Assembly (NCBI GenBank): GCA_030619905.1
Contig: JAUXAO010000004.1
Coordinates: 203 to 64,202, forward strand
Reading direction: 5' to 3'
From: a bacterium
Lineage (GTDB): Bacteria; Patescibacteriota; Minisyncoccia; Minisyncoccales; CG1-02-41-26
Length of the DNA stretch: 64,000 nucleotides
Notes under the pieces: generated by a model
Seen by the model: only the letters and a program-made list of their open reading frames with translations
Told to the model about the DNA's origin: nothing
The model's database searches: none
Shown: positions 60,571-64,000 of the stretch, in pieces
How positions within the stretch are numbered: the stretch's first letter is position 1
Layout of the letters: the number at the start of each line of letters is the position of its first letter
Program-made: the position numbers and the translations under genes

Positions 60571-60610
60571 GAGTCCCTCGTGGTTTTCACCACCCGGGAC
60601 TCATTTTTTG
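60571..60610 (+). terminator. intrinsic terminator
   Basis: GAGTCCC-TC-GTGG-TTTTCA-CCAC-CC-GGGACTC followed by ATTTTTTG. Confidence 0.85.
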
Positions 60611-60659
60611 TTTTTCTAAAAATCTGCTATAATAAAAAAACTAAAACAAATTTAAGAAT

Positions 60660-61385
60660 ATGAAACTATCAATTATTATTCCATCCTATAATGAAGAAGC
60701 ACGAATTGTAAAAACATTAAGGGAGATTGATAAATATTTATCTCTCCAATCTTATGATTCAGAAATCATTGTTGTTAATGACGGTTCGAAAGACAGGACA
60801 GCTGAAGTTGTCAGAGAAATAATGCCAGAGATTAAGAATCTGCGGCTTATTGATAATAAGGAGAATCATGGCAAGGGGTATGTTGTTAAGCAGGGAATGT
60901 TAGAAGCAAAAGGTGATTATAGGTTATTTACCGATGCTGATAATTCAACTTCCATAGATCACGTAGAAAAAATGTGGCCCTTACTTGAAAAGAATTATGA
61001 TGTTGTTATAGGTACCCGTGATTCAAGAGATAATAAGGAGGCTAAACAAGCTGTCTCTCAGCCAGCCTGGAAAAGGTTTCTGGGAGATATTGGCAATATC
61101 GGCATTCAGGTGCTTGTTATTTGGGGTATTTGGGATACCCAATGCGGGTTTAAAGCTTTTAGCAAAAAAGCGACTGAGGATATTTTCAAAAGATGTAAGA
61201 TTGATCGTTGGGCATTTGATGTTGAAGCCTTGGCTTTGGCAAAAAAACTTGGCTATAAAATTGGCATTGTGCCCATATATTGGATAAATTCTCCTGAGAG
61301 TAAAGTGAAATTGAAAGGATATATTCGATTCTTTAAGGAACTTTTGCGAATAAAATGGAATCTTATTACTAAAAAATATGATTAA
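60660..61385 (+). CDS. family 2 glycosyltransferase (dolichyl/polyprenyl-phosphate hexosyltransferase-like)
   Basis: LSIIIPSYNEE, VVNDGSKD, FTDADNS (DxD). Confidence 0.88.
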   Translation: MKLSIIIPSYNEEARIVKTLREIDKYLSLQSYDSEIIVVNDGSKDRTAEVVREIMPEIKNLRLIDNKENHGKGYVVKQGMLEAKGDYRLFTDADNSTSIDHVEKMWPLLEKNYDVVIGTRDSRDNKEAKQAVSQPAWKRFLGDIGNIGIQVLVIWGIWDTQCGFKAFSKKATEDIFKRCKIDRWAFDVEALALAKKLGYKIGIVPIYWINSPESKVKLKGYIRFFKELLRIKWNLITKKYD

Positions 61386-62406
61386 AAAACGAAAAAGTTT
61401 TTCTGAACTTCGTTTTGATTTGGTTTCTAAAGATTGGGTTCTTATTGCAGCCGAAAGGGGACAGCGACCAGGAGCTTTTAGGATAAAGAAAAGAAAAAAA
61501 ATAAAAGCTACTAAATCAACTTGTCCCTTTTGTCATATTGAGACGCAGAAAAAACCAACTTTAATTTTTTCTCATGGCAAAAAGATGCCCATCACAGAAA
61601 ATATTCCCAAAGATTGGACTACTATTGTTATTCCGAACAAATATCCGGCTGTTTTCCCTTACCCAGAATTAAAAGAACAAATTCAAGGAAAATTATATAA
61701 AAAAATATTAGCAGCAGGATTTCATGAGGTAGTAGTAACCAGGGACCATGAAAAACAAATAGCCCAATTTAATTCTGTTCAAACCAAAGAATTAATGGAT
61801 GTGTATCAAGAAAGATATTTATCATTAATGAAAGAAAAATTTGTTAATTATATTTCTATTTTCCACAATCATGGACTAGAGGCAGGTGCATCTCTTAGCC
61901 ATCCTCATTCCCAAATCATTACTACGCCTCTTATTGATAGCGATCTTACCAGAGCTATTTTGAATTCTAATAAATATTTTAATCTTCGTAAAAAATGTAT
62001 ATATTGCCAAATGGGTAAATGGGAGATGAAGAAAAAAGAAAGAATTGTTTTTGAAAATAAAGATTTTTTGGTCTTATGTCCTTTTGCCTCAAAATCGGCT
62101 TTTCAAATGATTATTTCTCCTAAAAAACATCTTCCTTATTTTGAAAAGATAACTGAAAAGGAAAAATGGTCTTTGGCAGAGGCTTTTAGAGTAGCATTTA
62201 GCAAACTTTATAAAACTCTGCATGATCCAGCCTATAATTTTTATCTGCATACTGCTCCTTGTGATGGTAAAAAACATGAACATTACCATTGGCACTGGAC
62301 AATACTACCAAAAACAGCAACTTGGGCTGGATTTGAAATTGGTACTAGAATGGAAATTTCTACTATAGCGCCAGAGAAAGCAGCAACAATTTTAAGAAAA
62401 ATATGA
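61378..62406 (+). CDS. galT: galactose-1-phosphate uridylyltransferase (HIT-family GalT)
   Basis: CPFCHIE zinc motif. HPHSQII (HxHxQ) active site. Confidence 0.85.
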   Translation: MIKKRKSFSELRFDLVSKDWVLIAAERGQRPGAFRIKKRKKIKATKSTCPFCHIETQKKPTLIFSHGKKMPITENIPKDWTTIVIPNKYPAVFPYPELKEQIQGKLYKKILAAGFHEVVVTRDHEKQIAQFNSVQTKELMDVYQERYLSLMKEKFVNYISIFHNHGLEAGASLSHPHSQIITTPLIDSDLTRAILNSNKYFNLRKKCIYCQMGKWEMKKKERIVFENKDFLVLCPFASKSAFQMIISPKKHLPYFEKITEKEKWSLAEAFRVAFSKLYKTLHDPAYNFYLHTAPCDGKKHEHYHWHWTILPKTATWAGFEIGTRMEISTIAPEKAATILRKI

Positions 62407-63173
62407 AACTACTTGTTATAGCGAACTGGAAAATGAATCCATTGACTGAAAAAGAAGTTAAGCGGCTTTTTACTTCCATTAAAAAAGGACTAAAAGGCAG
62501 AAAGAATATTGAAATTGTGATTTGTCCGCCATTTCCTTATTTGTCAATAATTAATAATCTTTTATCATCTATTAAATTAGGCGCTCAAGATTGTTTTTGG
62601 AAAGATAAAGGACCTTATACTGGTGAGGTTTCTCCTCAAATGCTTGAAAATATTGGGTGCAAATACGTGATTGTTGGTCATTCCGAAAGAAGAGAAACAT
62701 TTAAAGAAACAGATGAAATGGTAAATATAAAGATAAAAGAGATTTTGAAAGCAAAGCTCCAGCCGATATTTTGTATTGGGGAAACCGAGGAAGAAAAAAA
62801 GGCAGGAAAAACTTTTCATGTTTTGGAAAGAGAAATTAAAAAAGGATTGGATAAAATTTCCAAAAAAGAGATTGAAAAAGTAATTATTGCCTATGAACCG
62901 ATTTGGGCGATTGGAACGAAAAAAGCTTGTGAAGAAAACGAAGTAATGACCGTTGCTCTGTTTATTAAAAAACTTGTTTCTCGTCTTTATAATAAAAAAG
63001 TTGCCAGTAATATTAAAATCATCTACGGAGGAAGCGTAGATAGTAAAAATGCTTCAGACTATCTCAGAGAATCAAAGATGCAAGGGCTTTTAGTAGGTGG
63101 GGCTTCTTTAAATTCAAAAGAATTTATAAAAATTATCAAGAGTTTAAATAATATAAAAACCTATCTTCGCTAG
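62403..63173 (+). CDS. tpiA: triosephosphate isomerase
   Basis: IANWKMN, VGHSERR, AYEPIWAIGT, YGGSV. Confidence 0.96.
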   Translation: MKLLVIANWKMNPLTEKEVKRLFTSIKKGLKGRKNIEIVICPPFPYLSIINNLLSSIKLGAQDCFWKDKGPYTGEVSPQMLENIGCKYVIVGHSERRETFKETDEMVNIKIKEILKAKLQPIFCIGETEEEKKAGKTFHVLEREIKKGLDKISKKEIEKVIIAYEPIWAIGTKKACEENEVMTVALFIKKLVSRLYNKKVASNIKIIYGGSVDSKNASDYLRESKMQGLLVGGASLNSKEFIKIIKSLNNIKTYLR

Positions 63174-63211
63174 GACCTGTTTTTATCTCTTTGCTCGTAA
63201 TATAATAAATT

Positions 63212-63724
63212 ATGTTTTCTTTAGAGAAAAGCTATTTTTATAATCCAACTTTAGGAAAGATAAGCTTCAAAAAAGTAATTGAGGCAATTTTTAATTATAT
63301 GGATGAAAAACCTGATAAATCTTATGATATTGTTGTTGGTTGCGATTCTTCTTCCGGAGAAAAACCTGCTTTCCCGGTAGCCATAGTAATTTTAAGAGTA
63401 GGCCAAGGGGGAAGGTTTTTCTTTAAAAGAATCCAGTATCCTAAAGAAAAGAAATTTTATAATATTCATCAAAGGGTTTTACAGGAAGTTTTGATATCCT
63501 GCGAATTATCTTTATTTTTAAGAGAGAAATTAAAAGAGAGAATTGAAAAACCTGGATATCATTTTAATTATCAATTCCGTTATATTCATGCTGATATTGG
63601 GGAAAATGGCAAGACAAGGGATATGATCAAAGAGGTTGTTGGCTTAATTAGGGGTAATGGTTTTGAGGCTAAATTAAAACCAGAGTCATTTGCTGCTTCA
63701 ATAGTAGCCGACAGATTTACTTAA
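63212..63724 (+). CDS. YkuK/DUF458-like (RNase H-like fold) protein
   Basis: [10 protein letters not shown]...[16 protein letters not shown] pattern. TATAAT at 63201..63206 lies 5 nt before the ATG. Confidence 0.6.
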   Translation: MFSLEKSYFYNPTLGKISFKKVIEAIFNYMDEKPDKSYDIVVGCDSSSGEKPAFPVAIVILRVGQGGRFFFKRIQYPKEKKFYNIHQRVLQEVLISCELSLFLREKLKERIEKPGYHFNYQFRYIHADIGENGKTRDMIKEVVGLIRGNGFEAKLKPESFAASIVADRFT

Positions 63725-63726
63725 AT

Positions 63727-64000
63727 ATGAAATCAGAAGAGATAAGAAAAAGGTTTCTAGATTTTTTTAAAGAAAAAGGCCATAAAATTATTCCTTCTAG
63801 TCCTTTAATTCCAGCTGATTCCACTGTGCTTTTTACTATTGCTGGGATGCAACAATTTAATTCAGCTTTGGCAGGGGAAGAAGATCCTCTTGAAAAATTT
63901 GGTTCTCGGATTTTAGCTTCTTGTCAAAAATGTTTCAGAACTATTGATATTGAAGAGGTTGGAAATGATACTCATCATACTTTTTTTGAAATGCTTGGAA
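63727..64000 (+). CDS. alaS: alanine--tRNA ligase, N-terminal fragment running off the window (absent from the ORF track)
   Basis: Manual translation [44 protein letters not shown]...[25 protein letters not shown] matches the AlaRS N-terminal signature. Confidence 0.93.
   Translation, partial: MKSEEIRKRFLDFFKEKGHKIIPSSPLIPADSTVLFTIAGMQQFNSALAGEEDPLEKFGSRILASCQKCFRTIDIEEVGNDTHHTFFEMLG

Noticed and set aside
61018-61287. 89-aa alternate-frame ORF inside the GT2 gene, with similar nested same-strand ORFs at 1275..1481, 16043..16240, 22384..22602, 24932..25162 and 31120..31302.
   Set aside because: They are nested in longer ORFs that have recognisable motifs or coherent membrane/secreted-protein features. 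They have no independent start signals.

Overview
This window is a compact, AT-rich bacterial fragment coded almost entirely on the plus strand. It looks like a Candidate Phyla Radiation (Patescibacteria)-type genome. Supporting traits: many small membrane, secreted and cysteine-rich proteins; a pilin-like gene; ComEC reduced to its MBL domain; no rpmD (L30) between rpsE and rplO; Lys-rich extensions on several r-proteins; TGA used as a stop codon. Layout: (1) 0-19 kb holds mostly single-gene units for envelope or secreted proteins plus a few housekeeping genes (ECF sigma pair, HhH-GPD glycosylase, SPFH, SIMPL, RRM protein). These units are separated by a recurring terminator-promoter module and an intergenic repeat family. 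(2) 19.4-25.3 kb holds a 530-bp regulatory region and then the most interesting locus. A SipW-type (S26B) signal peptidase sits among three TasA/camelysin-like secreted proteins that carry beta-helix, lamin-tail/acidic, and Fn3/polytopic-anchor C-terminal modules. This is a candidate surface-fibre/adhesin system. Its first gene is split at a G5 tract. (3) 25.4-42.4 kb holds a radical SAM enzyme, dgkA, HAD, GerMN (minus strand), MscS, a pilin-like DUF2341/LamG protein, a CPHC-thioredoxin/CcdA-like fusion, sufC-sufBD-mnmA-thiI, an SDR, Cys-rich proteins, ComEC-MBL and an adenylate-kinase paralog. (4) 42.4-42.9 kb holds a promoter-driven rod-shaped ncRNA (6S-like candidate), tRNA-Pro(GGG) and rpmB on the minus strand. 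(5) 42.9-60.0 kb holds an M50 protease and the str-S10-spc operons through secY-adk-map, with a Phd/YefM-like mini-gene wedged between fusA and tuf. (6) 60.0-64.0 kb holds a GC-rich foreign-looking gene, then GT2, galT, tpiA, a YkuK-like gene and the 5' end of alaS. Three sequence-level signals are not explained by genes: a conserved AAAGGTC(G/A) element 26-37 nt upstream of 12 start codons, terminator T-tracts fused to TGnTAnAAT extended -10 boxes that predict leaderless mRNAs, and a GGTTCTAACATYGTCC-containing intergenic repeat family. All protein calls rest on motif recognition by eye. No database search or folding program was run.
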